Positions 10,067 to 19,968 of a DNA stretch of 64,000 nucleotides are shown here, one piece after another. How positions within the stretch are numbered: position 1 is the first letter of the stretch; every line of letters begins with the position of its first letter. The translations under genes and the position numbers were made by a program. Location of the stretch: NCBI GenBank assembly GCA_044341215.1, contig JBIISC010000003.1:3203-67202 (forward strand), given 5' to 3'. Below the pieces are notes generated by a model. That model ran no database searches. It worked only from the letters and a program-made list of their open reading frames with translations, and was not told the origin of the DNA. This DNA is from Candidatus Nanopelagicales bacterium (lineage in GTDB: Bacteria > Actinomycetota > Actinomycetes > S36-B12 > UBA5976).

Positions 10067-10504
10067 TTAAGAAGTTATTGCCAGGCGACGACGAATTAGC
10101 GTCGCGACGGTTTGTGCCAACACAACTGGATCGATTGGATGCGGAACTGCACCTTCGGCGCGAGACCAAGTTGCTAACCAACCGTCTGCTGGACGACCTG
10201 TCAAAACAATGACTGGTGGGCAATTGAAAATCTCATCCTTTAATTGGCGGCAAATCCCCATCCCACCTGCGGGAGCTGCTTCGCCATCCAAAATTGCAAG
10301 ATCGATAGTTCCACTATCCATTTGGCGAATAACCACTGGCTCAGTGGCACATTCAACAAAATCAATTCTTGGAAGCTCGGGTGCTGGGCGCGAGCCCAGG
10401 GCTAGCTTCACGGCTTCACGAACCGAGGCGTCGTCGCTGTAAATAAGGACGTTTAGATTCTTTTCGCTCACAGGATTAACCCTACTCTCCTGCTTGATTT
10501 TCAT
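10067..10504 (-). CDS. stand-alone receiver (REC)-like domain protein
   Basis: 145 aa with a CheY-like pattern: VLIYSDD (acidic pair), IDLAILDG (phospho-Asp position) and PVIVLTG (Thr). No Lys is present in the beta5 region (EGAVPHPIDPVVL), and there is no output domain. Confidence 0.65.
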   Translation of the reverse strand: MKIKQESRVNPVSEKNLNVLIYSDDASVREAVKLALGSRPAPELPRIDFVECATEPVVIRQMDSGTIDLAILDGEAAPAGGMGICRQLKDEIFNCPPVIVLTGRPADGWLATWSRAEGAVPHPIDPVVLAQTVATLIRRRLAITS

Positions 10505-11429
10505 GGTTTGCTGTACTGGCGTTTATTCGCGCCTCTTGCCGGTCTAAGTCCCTATCAACTCTGACAGCTTCTCGTTCTGAGGCTTTGGACCATTGAATCA
10601 TTAGCGTTATAAACAGCACTAGTCCAACTAGGTCACCGCTTGCCCAGAGTAATCCTCCTGCCATTTGCTGATCTTCCAAGATCGTTGGACCCCAGTCTCG
10701 AACAACAGTCTCATAGTAAGAATTTGCAATTGGGTTTTGGGAGTTCATCAACGTAACTCCAAGAAAAGCGTGGAACGGCAAAGTTACAAAAACTGCAAAC
10801 ATTCTGATTGGAAAGCCAAGACGTGGCATTGGATCAATTCCGATTAACGCCCAAATCCATATTGATCCAACCATAACGAAATGCAAGTGGTTGAAGTTGT
10901 GCAAAAGTTGATTGGTTAAAGTGTTTTCGTAATAGCTTGTGAAATACAAAAACCAAGGATTCAATATATAGATTAAACCTGCTACTAGCGGGAATGTGAT
11001 TACCTTTACAAACCAAGACTCCAAAACTCGCATTAACAGTGCCCGCAGTGTCGGTTTGAATGTTCTGAGTGCCAACGTAACTGGAGCGCCTAACGCCAAA
11101 AAAACAGGCGCAAGCATGGATAAAAGCATGTGTTGAACCATGTGAGGTGTTAATAAAACCGTATCAAGCCTTGCAAGCGGACCTTGTGTTGAAATAAACG
11201 CTGAACCTAGGCCGCCCAAGACGAAGAACAATGTGCGATTGATCGGCCATTTATCGCCGCGTGCATTTAACGCCCGGACCGCAGATAGGTACCAAAAAGC
11301 AGCAGCGAAAACCCCAACCGCAGGAACAATCTCTAGTGGCAACCAATCTGTCCAGCCAGGCTGTATTACTTCCGTAGCGCCTTCTGCACCATGAAGCGGA
11401 ATTAGCCCTAGAAAAATCGTTTCAAACAC
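10482..11429 (-). CDS. cytochrome c oxidase assembly protein (caa3 CtaG-like membrane protein)
   Basis: 315-aa polytopic membrane protein with several conserved His (MVQHMLL, NFNHLHFV, PFHAF). It is divergent from ctaE. Family call is from memory of actinobacterial CtaG-like proteins. Confidence 0.65.
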   Translation of the reverse strand: MFETIFLGLIPLHGAEGATEVIQPGWTDWLPLEIVPAVGVFAAAFWYLSAVRALNARGDKWPINRTLFFVLGGLGSAFISTQGPLARLDTVLLTPHMVQHMLLSMLAPVFLALGAPVTLALRTFKPTLRALLMRVLESWFVKVITFPLVAGLIYILNPWFLYFTSYYENTLTNQLLHNFNHLHFVMVGSIWIWALIGIDPMPRLGFPIRMFAVFVTLPFHAFLGVTLMNSQNPIANSYYETVVRDWGPTILEDQQMAGGLLWASGDLVGLVLFITLMIQWSKASEREAVRVDRDLDRQEARINASTANHENQAGE

Positions 11430-11474
11430 ATAAAGAGCCTACTTTGCCTTCTAGGTGGGTCTATGCGAAAAAAA

Positions 11475-11490
11475 TGTGACTCATCCCACC
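11475..11490. promoter_or_regulatory. candidate CRP/GlxR-type site TGTGACTCATCCCACC (partial match)
   Basis: TGTGA-N6-CCACC, preceded by A7, in the ctaG-like/ctaE divergent region. The left half is perfect and the right half matches TCACA at 3 of 5 positions. Confidence 0.3.
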
Positions 11491-11502
11491 TGAAAAAGAG
11501 TC

Positions 11503-11526
11503 GCTTAGTGGGTCAGCCCACTAAGC
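11503..11526. promoter_or_regulatory. perfect 10-bp-stem palindrome in the ctaE leader
   Basis: GCTTAGTGGG-TCAG-CCCACTAAGC, ending 32 nt upstream of the ctaE start at 11558. Confidence 0.4.
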
Positions 11527-11557
11527 CTCACTGTGAGTCATTTGCCACAATAGGCCT

Positions 11558-12154
11558 GTGAATACTGCCACCCTTACCCCAAGCAATACCCACGCTGATC
11601 GGCCGAATCTGGTTTCCGTAGGCACAATTGTTTGGCTGGCGAGCGAGTTAATGTTTTTTGCTGCACTCTTTGCAATGTACTTCACTCACCGATCGGTAAA
11701 TCCAGAGCTTTGGACTCAATCCACACCGCTGCTCAATATTCCTTTTGCCAGCGCTAATACTTTCATTTTGGTTGCATCATCGGTTACTTGCCAACTTGGG
11801 GTTTTTGCGGCTGAACGTGGAGATGCCAAAGGACTGCGAAAGTGGTTCATCATTACATTCATGATGGGTGCAGTTTTTATTGGTGGCCAGGTGTATGAAT
11901 ATGCAGCGCTCGTTAGTGAAGGGCTTACGCTTTCATCTTCTTCCTACGGCTCGGTGTTTTACCTAACTACAGGTTTTCACGGTCTGCACGTAACTGGTGG
12001 TCTGGTCGCATTCCTTTTTGTACTTGCAAGCTCGTACACCGGAAAAGTTTTTACACATTCCAAAGCAACTCGCGCAATCGTTGTCAGTTACTACTGGCAC
12101 TTCGTTGACGTGGTTTGGATTGGTTTGTTTGCAATGATTTACCTGATCAAATAA
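11558..12154 (+). CDS. ctaE: cytochrome c oxidase (aa3) subunit III
   Basis: 198-aa five-TM protein with [10 protein letters not shown] and FHGLHV motifs. It lies upstream of qcrCAB, as in other Actinobacteria. Confidence 0.9.
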   Translation: MNTATLTPSNTHADRPNLVSVGTIVWLASELMFFAALFAMYFTHRSVNPELWTQSTPLLNIPFASANTFILVASSVTCQLGVFAAERGDAKGLRKWFIITFMMGAVFIGGQVYEYAALVSEGLTLSSSSYGSVFYLTTGFHGLHVTGGLVAFLFVLASSYTGKVFTHSKATRAIVVSYYWHFVDVVWIGLFAMIYLIK

Positions 12155-12176
12155 GAAGTTTGGGATAGGAATAAAC

Positions 12177-12959
12177 GTGACCCACTTTGCACAATTACGC
12201 AGACATCGTCTAGCTGGATTGTTCGTCATGATTTTGGCATTGGCTATTACAGCCTTTGCTTACACAATCATCACTTCAAACACGCAACGCGTAAGCGCAT
12301 CAGTGGCATCTGAAACAACTGTAGAAAGAGGTAAGGCGCTTTTCGCAGAAGGATGCAGCTCATGTCACGGGCTTCAAGCAGCCGGCACAACAGATGGGCC
12401 ATCTTTAATTGGGGTCGGCGCAGCCGCAGTTGATTTCCAAGTTTCATCTGGGCGTATGCCGATGGCTGCTTTAGGAATGCAGGCAATGCGAAAAGCTGCT
12501 ATTTACGATGAAGAAGAAATAGCAGCCTTAGCCGCATATGTCGCTAGTTTGGCTCCAGGCCCAGCAATTCCTACGGATATGGAATTAGACACTTCTACAG
12601 CTGATCTCGCAGTTGGTAATCAATTATTTGCAGTTAACTGCGCACAATGCCATAACTTTGCAGGTGAAGGTGGTGCGCTTACCCAAGGAAAATATGCTCC
12701 TAATTTGATGGTGGCAACTGATCGTCAAGTTTATGAAGCAATGATTACTGGACCACAAAACATGCCAGTTTTCAAGACTCTTTCAAGTGATCAGAAAAAA
12801 GCTATTTTGAAATATGTTCAATACCTTCGCAACGCTCCAAATCCAGGAGGTGCTGACCTTGGCCGCCTAGGCCCAGTGACTGAGGGTTTGTTTGCATGGA
12901 CATTCGGATTCGGCTTACTTATCGCTGCCGCTATCTGGATTGGAGTTAAAGCCAAATGA
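12177..12959 (+). CDS. qcrC: cytochrome bc1 complex dihaem cytochrome c subunit
   Basis: Two haem c sites (CSSCHG, CAQCHN), an N-terminal TM and a C-terminal TM. Confidence 0.9.
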   Translation: MTHFAQLRRHRLAGLFVMILALAITAFAYTIITSNTQRVSASVASETTVERGKALFAEGCSSCHGLQAAGTTDGPSLIGVGAAAVDFQVSSGRMPMAALGMQAMRKAAIYDEEEIAALAAYVASLAPGPAIPTDMELDTSTADLAVGNQLFAVNCAQCHNFAGEGGALTQGKYAPNLMVATDRQVYEAMITGPQNMPVFKTLSSDQKKAILKYVQYLRNAPNPGGADLGRLGPVTEGLFAWTFGFGLLIAAAIWIGVKAK

Positions 12960-13969
12960 GTAATCTTGTTCCGAATCAAAGTCGACCAACTCCTGCTGAA
13001 GTAAACCACGCACATCGTCGAGCAGATAATGATCCAAATATTGCCAAGCGGGTTGAACGCCAAGTTGCAACTATGTTTGGCCTAAGCGCAGTCTTGGCAA
13101 TTCTTTTTATCGTTTCTTACGTGGCAATTGACCCATCAGTAGAAATTGGAATACCTGTTATTGGCACAACAACTGCGTTGAATATAGCGCTGGGTTTAAC
13201 CATGGGTGGATCGATACTACTAATTGGAACAGGCGCAATTCACTGGGCAAAAAAACTTATGCCAGATGTTGAAGTGGTTGAAGAAAGACATGAATTCAAA
13301 AGCAGCGATGAAGACAAAGCTGCGCTAGCTGAAACTTTTGCAATTGGTACTGAAGAATCAGGTTTCGTTAAGAGGCCACTGATTCGTCGCACTCTACTTG
13401 GGGCAATGGCATTGTTCCCAATTCCTTTAGTTGTAATGCTGCGGGACCTCGGACCCGATTCAACCGAACTTCGTTTTCGGACTATGTGGCGTTCAGGATT
13501 GCGATTACTGCATGACGTTACTTACGAGCCAATTAGAGCTGCAGATATTCCAATTGGAAACCTGATAAATGCTGTTCCTGAAGGTATGCATGAATTAGAA
13601 GAAGAAGTTGGAAATCTAAATGAACGCGCTAAGTCTGTAATCATTGTCGTTCGTATTTCTCCAGACAAATTGATTTCACAACAAGGCGGAACTACAGATG
13701 CGCCTTGGGATTACAACGGCGTAGTTGCATACTCCAAAGTTTGCACCCATTCAGGTTGCCCAATTTCGCTTTACGAACAACGCACTCACCACTTGTTGTG
13801 CCCATGCCACCAATCAACTTTCGACTTGGCTGACTCTGGTCGAGTAGTTTTTGGTCCGGCAGCTCGTCGGATGCCTCAACTCGGTATCACAGTCGACAGT
13901 GAAGGCTACTTAATCGCACGCGGCGATTTTGATGAACCCGTAGGTCCGAGTTTCTGGGAGCGCTCATGA
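12956..13969 (+). CDS. qcrA: cytochrome bc1 complex Rieske iron-sulfur subunit
   Basis: Rieske boxes CTHSGC and CPCHQS. The start shares a 4-nt overlap with qcrC. Confidence 0.9.
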   Translation: MSNLVPNQSRPTPAEVNHAHRRADNDPNIAKRVERQVATMFGLSAVLAILFIVSYVAIDPSVEIGIPVIGTTTALNIALGLTMGGSILLIGTGAIHWAKKLMPDVEVVEERHEFKSSDEDKAALAETFAIGTEESGFVKRPLIRRTLLGAMALFPIPLVVMLRDLGPDSTELRFRTMWRSGLRLLHDVTYEPIRAADIPIGNLINAVPEGMHELEEEVGNLNERAKSVIIVVRISPDKLISQQGGTTDAPWDYNGVVAYSKVCTHSGCPISLYEQRTHHLLCPCHQSTFDLADSGRVVFGPAARRMPQLGITVDSEGYLIARGDFDEPVGPSFWERS

Positions 13970-15594
13970 GTAAAAAAGAAAACGCAGTCTTAAAGTGGGC
14001 TGACGATCGCTTTGGCGGCGCAAAGGCGCTAAAGACAGCAATGAATAAGGTGTTTCCCGACCACTGGTCATTCATGCTTGGAGAGATTGCACTCTATTCG
14101 TTCATTATTTTGCTCTTGAGTGGCGTATACCTAACTTTGTACTTCGTTCCGTCTATGACCGAGGTTGTTTACAACGGCTCCTATCTTCCACTTAAAGGTG
14201 TGAAAATGACAGAGGCTTACGCGTCATCACTTAGCATTTCATTTGATGTGCGCGGTGGACTACTTATGCGTCAAATCCATCACTGGGCAGCATTGTTCTT
14301 TGTTGGCGCAATGTCAGTTCACATGATCCGCATTTTCTTCACTGGCGCATTTCGTAAACCACGTGAGGCAAACTGGGTCATCGGAACAATTCTTTTAATT
14401 CTAGGAATTGTCGAAGGTTTTGCTGGCTACTCATTGCCAGACGATTTGCTATCCGGCACCGGTCTTCGAATCACTGAAGGCATAATTTTGGCCACACCGT
14501 TTGCAGGCACTTGGGTTTCATCGCTTTTATTCGGTGGCGAGTTCCCAGGCACTGAATTCATCCCGCGCCTTTTCACAATCCACGTGTTGCTAATTCCAGG
14601 AATCTTCTTGGCTTTAATAACTGCTCATATGATATTAGTTGTGTTCCACAAGCACACCCAGTTCCCAGGGCCTGGTCGTACTAATAAGAACGTGGTTGGC
14701 TACCCACTATTCCCCGTTTACATTGCAAAAGCTGGTGGATTCTTTTTCATCGTATTTGGAATCATCACTGTAATTTCAACTCTTGCGACCATCAACCCGA
14801 TTTGGATGTTCGGACCATATATTCCAAATGCGGTTGGTGCTGGTTCGCAACCCGACTGGTACATGGGATTCTTAGATGGCGCAGTTCGCATAATGCCTGG
14901 ATTCGAATTGAATGTTTTCAATAACACAATTGTTATGAACTTAATCGTTCCAGCAATGATTTTGCCAGCATTGATGATTACCCCGATGATTCTCTACCCT
15001 TGGATTGAGGCTTGGGCAAGTGGAGATAAAGGTGAGCACCATGTACTAGACAGGCCACGTAACGCACCTACCCGTACAGCACTCGGTGTAATGGCGCTGA
15101 CCTTTTACATGCTTCTATGGATTTCTGGCGGTAACGATCTAATTGCTATCACGTTCGGACTTTCCATAAATGCGATTACTTGGACTCTGCGTTTTGGTTT
15201 ATTCATAATTCCAGCAATAGCCTTCTGGGCAACAAAGCGAATTTGTTTATCTCTGCAACGCCGCGATCGCGACAAGTTGCTACATGGCCGTGAGACTGGT
15301 CAAATCATTCGCTTGCCTCATGGTGAATTTATTGAAATTCATGCACCGGTTAACGAAGTCGAAAAAGCAAAGATTCTTTCAAAAACAGATATTGCACCAA
15401 TCGCCGCACCTGCCAGCCATGATGCACAAGGTGTTGCGCAACGCGGACTACTTGCCAAACGTCTGCAAGCTAAGGTTTCATATTTCTTCTACGGTGACAA
15501 TATTCCCGCTCCTACTGCCGCTGAAATCGCTGAAGCTGAAGCTCATATGGGACATATTGAAAGCGCGGATCGCTCAGAAATTTCTCAGCACTAA
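13966..15594 (+). CDS. qcrB: cytochrome bc1 complex cytochrome b subunit
   Basis: 542-aa polytopic protein with haem-ligand His pairs (QIHHWAA..., TIHVLLIP...). The start shares a 4-nt overlap with qcrA. Confidence 0.9.
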   Translation: MSKKENAVLKWADDRFGGAKALKTAMNKVFPDHWSFMLGEIALYSFIILLLSGVYLTLYFVPSMTEVVYNGSYLPLKGVKMTEAYASSLSISFDVRGGLLMRQIHHWAALFFVGAMSVHMIRIFFTGAFRKPREANWVIGTILLILGIVEGFAGYSLPDDLLSGTGLRITEGIILATPFAGTWVSSLLFGGEFPGTEFIPRLFTIHVLLIPGIFLALITAHMILVVFHKHTQFPGPGRTNKNVVGYPLFPVYIAKAGGFFFIVFGIITVISTLATINPIWMFGPYIPNAVGAGSQPDWYMGFLDGAVRIMPGFELNVFNNTIVMNLIVPAMILPALMITPMILYPWIEAWASGDKGEHHVLDRPRNAPTRTALGVMALTFYMLLWISGGNDLIAITFGLSINAITWTLRFGLFIIPAIAFWATKRICLSLQRRDRDKLLHGRETGQIIRLPHGEFIEIHAPVNEVEKAKILSKTDIAPIAAPASHDAQGVAQRGLLAKRLQAKVSYFFYGDNIPAPTAAEIAEAEAHMGHIESADRSEISQH

Positions 15595-15605
15595 ACATTT
15601 CGATA

Positions 15606-15650
15606 GAAAAGTGGCTAGTTGCATTCAGCAATTAGCCACTTTTCTCGTAG
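15606..15650 (+). terminator. hairpin downstream of qcrB (probable intrinsic terminator)
   Basis: GAAAAGTGGCTA (15606-15617) pairs with TAGCCACTTTTC (15633-15644), a 12-bp stem. The T-tract after it is weak. Confidence 0.5.
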
Positions 15651-15656
15651 ATTTGG

Positions 15657-17048
15657 GTGATGCCCAGCAAACTTCTATTGAGTACGACACTTCGAGGAAT
15701 TGAAACTCCAAGCAATAGGGACAGATCTATTGACGCGGTTCGAGCCTACGGACTCATTGTTGTGGTGGCCGGACATTACTTAATGGGAATTGTTCAATGG
15801 AATCGCAATGTTCCGCACCTTGGGAACACGCTGTCGTCTTCAATCGGCCTCCAAGCTATAACCTGGATTTTTCAAGTAATGCCACTTTTCTTTATCGCCG
15901 GTGGCGCTGCCAACTACATCTCATGGAATTCTGCAAAAACCAAACAAACTTCCTATGCAATCTGGCTATGGAAGCGTGCGCATCGTTTGCTAAGCCCAGC
16001 CCTGGTGTATTTATTTGTCATGATCACACTCGGTGCACTAATTACGCCAAATGCTAATCGTGAAATGGGCCGAGTTTTACTAAATATTTCAACCCAGCTG
16101 CTTTGGTTTCTAGGTGTCTATATTGTGATTACCGCGATTACTCCCCTGAGTGTGCGACTATACGAACGTTTCCGTATTCAATCAGTACTCGTATGGCTCG
16201 CCTTAATTGCCTTTTGCGACTTCGCGCATCTTGCAGACACGCCATTTGCGCCGGTTTCCTTACTAAATTTCATATTTGTTTGGGCGATGGTCAGTCAATT
16301 TGGATATTCGTTTGAAAAAAATATGGTTCCTAAAAAAATCGCTGCCGCAATTTTGCTGACTGCGCTCTCCATTGAGATAGCTCTGGTTGCTTTATTTCCC
16401 TATCCAATATCGTTAGTGGGTATGCCGACAGATTCTGTGAGCAATATGGCACCTCCAACCTTGGTCCTTGCCCTACACAGCGTGTTCGTTTGGGGACTAC
16501 TAAGCATTTTCAAAGATCGCATAAATGAATTTTGTAAGCGATTAAGTATCTGGAAATTTGTTGTAGGTGTAAATATGGCTGCGATGACTATCTATCTTTG
16601 GCATATTCCAATCATCATGTTCTTAACCGTAGGTAGTCACTTTATTGGTTTTGATCGTTCTGCCATCTTGATTGCTGGAAGACCCTACCCTGGTGAGGGA
16701 TTTTGGTTGCAAACCATTCCTTTCATCTTATTTTGTGGCTTTGTCGTCTATTGGTTTGTTCAAATCGCCTGGTCAATTGAACACTTGAAAATAAATTGGT
16801 GGCAGGGCGAAGCAAATCTGAGTACCAGGAGCAATTGGCGCAACCTGATGGCTATCTCTGGAGTGTTTTTGATTGGAACTGGACTGCTAGCGGTAGCTGG
16901 AACCGGCTTGCATGAATTTCCAAACGGCACCCAAGAACTTTCAGGGGTCTCATTCAAAAATGGTCAAGCGGCAACCATTTTCATTATTGGAATTGCATTA
17001 TCGAGACTGGCTATCTCTTCGAAATCAAAATCCGATCTTGGACAATAA
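15657..17048 (+). CDS. acyltransferase-3 family integral membrane O-acyltransferase
   Basis: 463 aa with ~10 TM segments and the family-typical N-terminus RDRSIDAVRAYGLIVVVAGHY. Confidence 0.7.
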   Translation: MMPSKLLLSTTLRGIETPSNRDRSIDAVRAYGLIVVVAGHYLMGIVQWNRNVPHLGNTLSSSIGLQAITWIFQVMPLFFIAGGAANYISWNSAKTKQTSYAIWLWKRAHRLLSPALVYLFVMITLGALITPNANREMGRVLLNISTQLLWFLGVYIVITAITPLSVRLYERFRIQSVLVWLALIAFCDFAHLADTPFAPVSLLNFIFVWAMVSQFGYSFEKNMVPKKIAAAILLTALSIEIALVALFPYPISLVGMPTDSVSNMAPPTLVLALHSVFVWGLLSIFKDRINEFCKRLSIWKFVVGVNMAAMTIYLWHIPIIMFLTVGSHFIGFDRSAILIAGRPYPGEGFWLQTIPFILFCGFVVYWFVQIAWSIEHLKINWWQGEANLSTRSNWRNLMAISGVFLIGTGLLAVAGTGLHEFPNGTQELSGVSFKNGQAATIFIIGIALSRLAISSKSKSDLGQ

Positions 17049-17898
17049 AAATCCCAAGCAGCACAATCAACGCACCAACTGGTTCATACCAATAAAGTGT
17101 TTCTTGCAATAAGAATGCACCAGCCAATACCGCAACCAGCGGCATCCAGTAAGTAACGGTGCTTGCAATTAGTGGGCCTTTTTTTTCAACCACAAAGAAG
17201 TGTGAAGCAAAAGCCAAACCAGATCCAAATGCACCAAGTGCCAATACGGCCATCAGGCTCGAAGTTGTTGGATTTATTGGAGCCCACTCAAATAAAGCGA
17301 ATGGGAGCACTTGAATTGCCCCGAAAGATAGTTGCAGAGCTGCTCCAACTATCGGGTGCAGACCTTGGGGCAAGATGAATCGACGCATATATGGAAACGA
17401 AATTCCATAAAGCAATACAGCCGCAAAACAATATGCAACACCAGTTAAATCATTCGCAGTTGAAGCTTGCCATGCTCCTAAAACAACACAAACGCCTATA
17501 AAACCAATTACCAAACCGATTTGCTGATTTACCTTAGGTTTGGCTTCACGAAAAATTGCGACAGTCGCCAACCATGCGATTAAAGGTACGGTTGCATTGA
17601 TGATGCTCGCCACGATTGATGAGACGGATGTTTCTGCGTAAGCAAAAAATAATCCTGGCAAACTATTATTGAGCAATCCCATCACAAAGAAATGGCCGAA
17701 AAGTTTTGTTGCCTTTGGAATTTTTAGACGTAAGAAAAGCACCAAAATCCAAAGTGTCGATGCGCCAATTAATACCCTGCCGGCTGCAACTTGATTAGGT
17801 GTAAAACTTTGTAAACCCACCATAATGAAATAGAACGAAAGTCCCCACATCAAAGAAGTAGCAACATAAGCTGGCACCCACTTCGAATCAGATTTCAT
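17011..17898 (-). CDS. EamA/DMT-family transporter
   Basis: 295 aa, ten TM segments in a 5+5 arrangement. Convergent with the acyltransferase gene; the 3' ends overlap by 38 nt. Confidence 0.8.
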   Translation of the reverse strand: MKSDSKWVPAYVATSLMWGLSFYFIMVGLQSFTPNQVAAGRVLIGASTLWILVLFLRLKIPKATKLFGHFFVMGLLNNSLPGLFFAYAETSVSSIVASIINATVPLIAWLATVAIFREAKPKVNQQIGLVIGFIGVCVVLGAWQASTANDLTGVAYCFAAVLLYGISFPYMRRFILPQGLHPIVGAALQLSFGAIQVLPFALFEWAPINPTTSSLMAVLALGAFGSGLAFASHFFVVEKKGPLIASTVTYWMPLVAVLAGAFLLQETLYWYEPVGALIVLLGIFIVQDRILISKR

Positions 17899-17909
17899 CG
17901 AAATCGAAT

Positions 17910-18305
17910 TTACTGAACGAAATCGCCGCGGTGGTACTCAAACAACCAACCAAATACTGAAGTTAGTAACACCACAAATCCAAGCACGACAATCCAAGTT
18001 GCAAAAATCAATCCGATGAAAGTGAGCCAAGCCCCAATTGCGACTGGCAGCGGCCACCAGGAATGTGGACTGAAGAAACCATAATCAGAATCTGCTTCTT
18101 CTATGTTTCCATCAGCGCGATCTTCTGGCCGAGTTCCTATTCGCTTACCTGTTGCCAGAAGATAGAAACCGATAATTACCGACAAGCCACCGGTCAAAGC
18201 CAAAACTGTGGTGCCGATAACATCGCCACTCATTACAGAGTAAATCCAAGCAATTAGGGCGTAGAAAACTGCGCCACCGACAAATAATCCACCTTCAATT
18301 TTCAT
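17910..18305 (-). CDS. ctaF: cytochrome c oxidase subunit IV (actinobacterial CtaF)
   Basis: 131-aa four-TM protein directly downstream of ctaD. Size and position match Rv2199c-type CtaF (memory). Confidence 0.75.
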   Translation of the reverse strand: MKIEGGLFVGGAVFYALIAWIYSVMSGDVIGTTVLALTGGLSVIIGFYLLATGKRIGTRPEDRADGNIEEADSDYGFFSPHSWWPLPVAIGAWLTFIGLIFATWIVVLGFVVLLTSVFGWLFEYHRGDFVQ

Positions 18306-18312
18306 TTCAGGT

Positions 18313-19968
18313 TCACTCGCCCTCTACATCCGGATGATGCAAATCGAATGCCGGACGTTCGGAACGGATTCTTGGCAAGGTGACAAAGTTATGGCGCGGC
18401 GGTGGACATGAAGTTGCCCACTCCAAAGATGCCCCCCAACCCCATGGATCGTCAGAAGTGACAAGCGGGGCTGTGCGGTAGGTCTTGTAAACATTGTAGA
18501 AGAACACCAAAGTTGAAGCTCCGAGGATTATCGATCCAACAGTTGAAATCATATTTAACTGCGTGAATCCGTCGCTTTCTAAATAGTCAACGTAGCGTCG
18601 TGGCATACCCATAACGCCAAGCCAGTGTTGGATCAAGAAAGTTGCGTGGAAGCCGATAAAGGCTAACCAAAAATGTAGTTTTCCAAGTCGCTCATCGAGC
18701 ATGCGTCCGGTCCACTTTGGCCACCAGAAGTAAAAGCCAGCAAACATCGCAAATACAACAGTTCCGAAAACAACATAGTGGAAGTGAGCTACAACAAAGT
18801 AGGTGTCACTTACGTGGAAGTCGATTGGTGGCATGGCCAACAAAACTCCAGTTAAGCCACCGAATAGGAATGTTGCCAAAAAGCCAATCGTCCAAAGCAT
18901 TGGAGATTCAAAGGTGAGAGAACCCCCCCACATAGTTCCAATCCAGTTGAAGAATTTCACCCCAGTTGGAACTGCAATCAACATCGTCATGGCGCTAAAG
19001 AATGGAAGATTTACAGCCCCAGTTACATACATGTGGTGTGCCCATACAGTCATTGAAAGACCAGCAATAGCAATTGTTGCAAAAATTAGACCTTTGTATC
19101 CAAAAATCGGTTTGCGGCTAAACACCGGCAAAATTTCAGATGCAATTCCAAAGAATGGCAGAGCAAGAATGTAAACCTCGGGATGACCAAAAAACCAGAA
19201 CAGGTGTTGCCAAAGAATCGCGCCACCATTTGCAGCTTCAAAAACTACAGATCCAAATTTTCGATCAACTTCGAGAACAATAAGTGCGGCAGCAAGAACT
19301 GGAAACGCCATTAAAACCAAAACACTGGTGCATAAGGTGTTCCAGGTGAAAATGCTCATGCGGAACATTGTCATTCCTGGTGCACGCATTGTGAAGATCG
19401 TCGTTACGAAGTTAACCGCGCTGAGGATGGTTCCCAAACCGCCCAAGGCAAGGCCAAGTAACCACATGTCGCCGCCAGCGCCAGGTGAATTGACTGCGTT
19501 TGATAAAGGCGCATATGCAAACCAGCCAAAGCTGGCAGCTCCACCTGGAGTTAAGAATCCCGCTACAACAGTTAACCCGCCGAAAAGAAACAACCAGTAA
19601 CCCAACATGTTGAGTCGCGGAAACGCAACGTCTGGGGCTCCAATTTGCAAAGGCATGATTATGTTTGCGAAGCCAACAAAAAGCGGTGTCGCAAAAAGAA
19701 ACAGCATGATGGTGCCGTGCATTGTGAAGAGCTGGTTGTATTGATCGTTATTTAAAAATTGCAAACCAGGGCGAGCTAATTCTGCGCGCATGGCCAGAGC
19801 CATAACCCCAGCAAGAGAAAAGAAAACCATTGAAGTAATGAGATACATGTAACCAATTGTTTTGTGATCAGTTGATGTAATCCATTTGACAACGGTTCGG
19901 CCTACCCGGCGATCGCGCGGGGCACGAGACTCATATGCATTCGTCGACCGTTCGGAAAGAATTGTCAT
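18313..19968 (-). CDS. ctaD: cytochrome c oxidase subunit I
   Basis: 551 aa with classical haem-copper oxidase motifs ([22 protein letters not shown]). Confidence 0.95.
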   Translation of the reverse strand: MTILSERSTNAYESRAPRDRRVGRTVVKWITSTDHKTIGYMYLITSMVFFSLAGVMALAMRAELARPGLQFLNNDQYNQLFTMHGTIMLFLFATPLFVGFANIIMPLQIGAPDVAFPRLNMLGYWLFLFGGLTVVAGFLTPGGAASFGWFAYAPLSNAVNSPGAGGDMWLLGLALGGLGTILSAVNFVTTIFTMRAPGMTMFRMSIFTWNTLCTSVLVLMAFPVLAAALIVLEVDRKFGSVVFEAANGGAILWQHLFWFFGHPEVYILALPFFGIASEILPVFSRKPIFGYKGLIFATIAIAGLSMTVWAHHMYVTGAVNLPFFSAMTMLIAVPTGVKFFNWIGTMWGGSLTFESPMLWTIGFLATFLFGGLTGVLLAMPPIDFHVSDTYFVVAHFHYVVFGTVVFAMFAGFYFWWPKWTGRMLDERLGKLHFWLAFIGFHATFLIQHWLGVMGMPRRYVDYLESDGFTQLNMISTVGSIILGASTLVFFYNVYKTYRTAPLVTSDDPWGWGASLEWATSCPPPRHNFVTLPRIRSERPAFDLHHPDVEGE

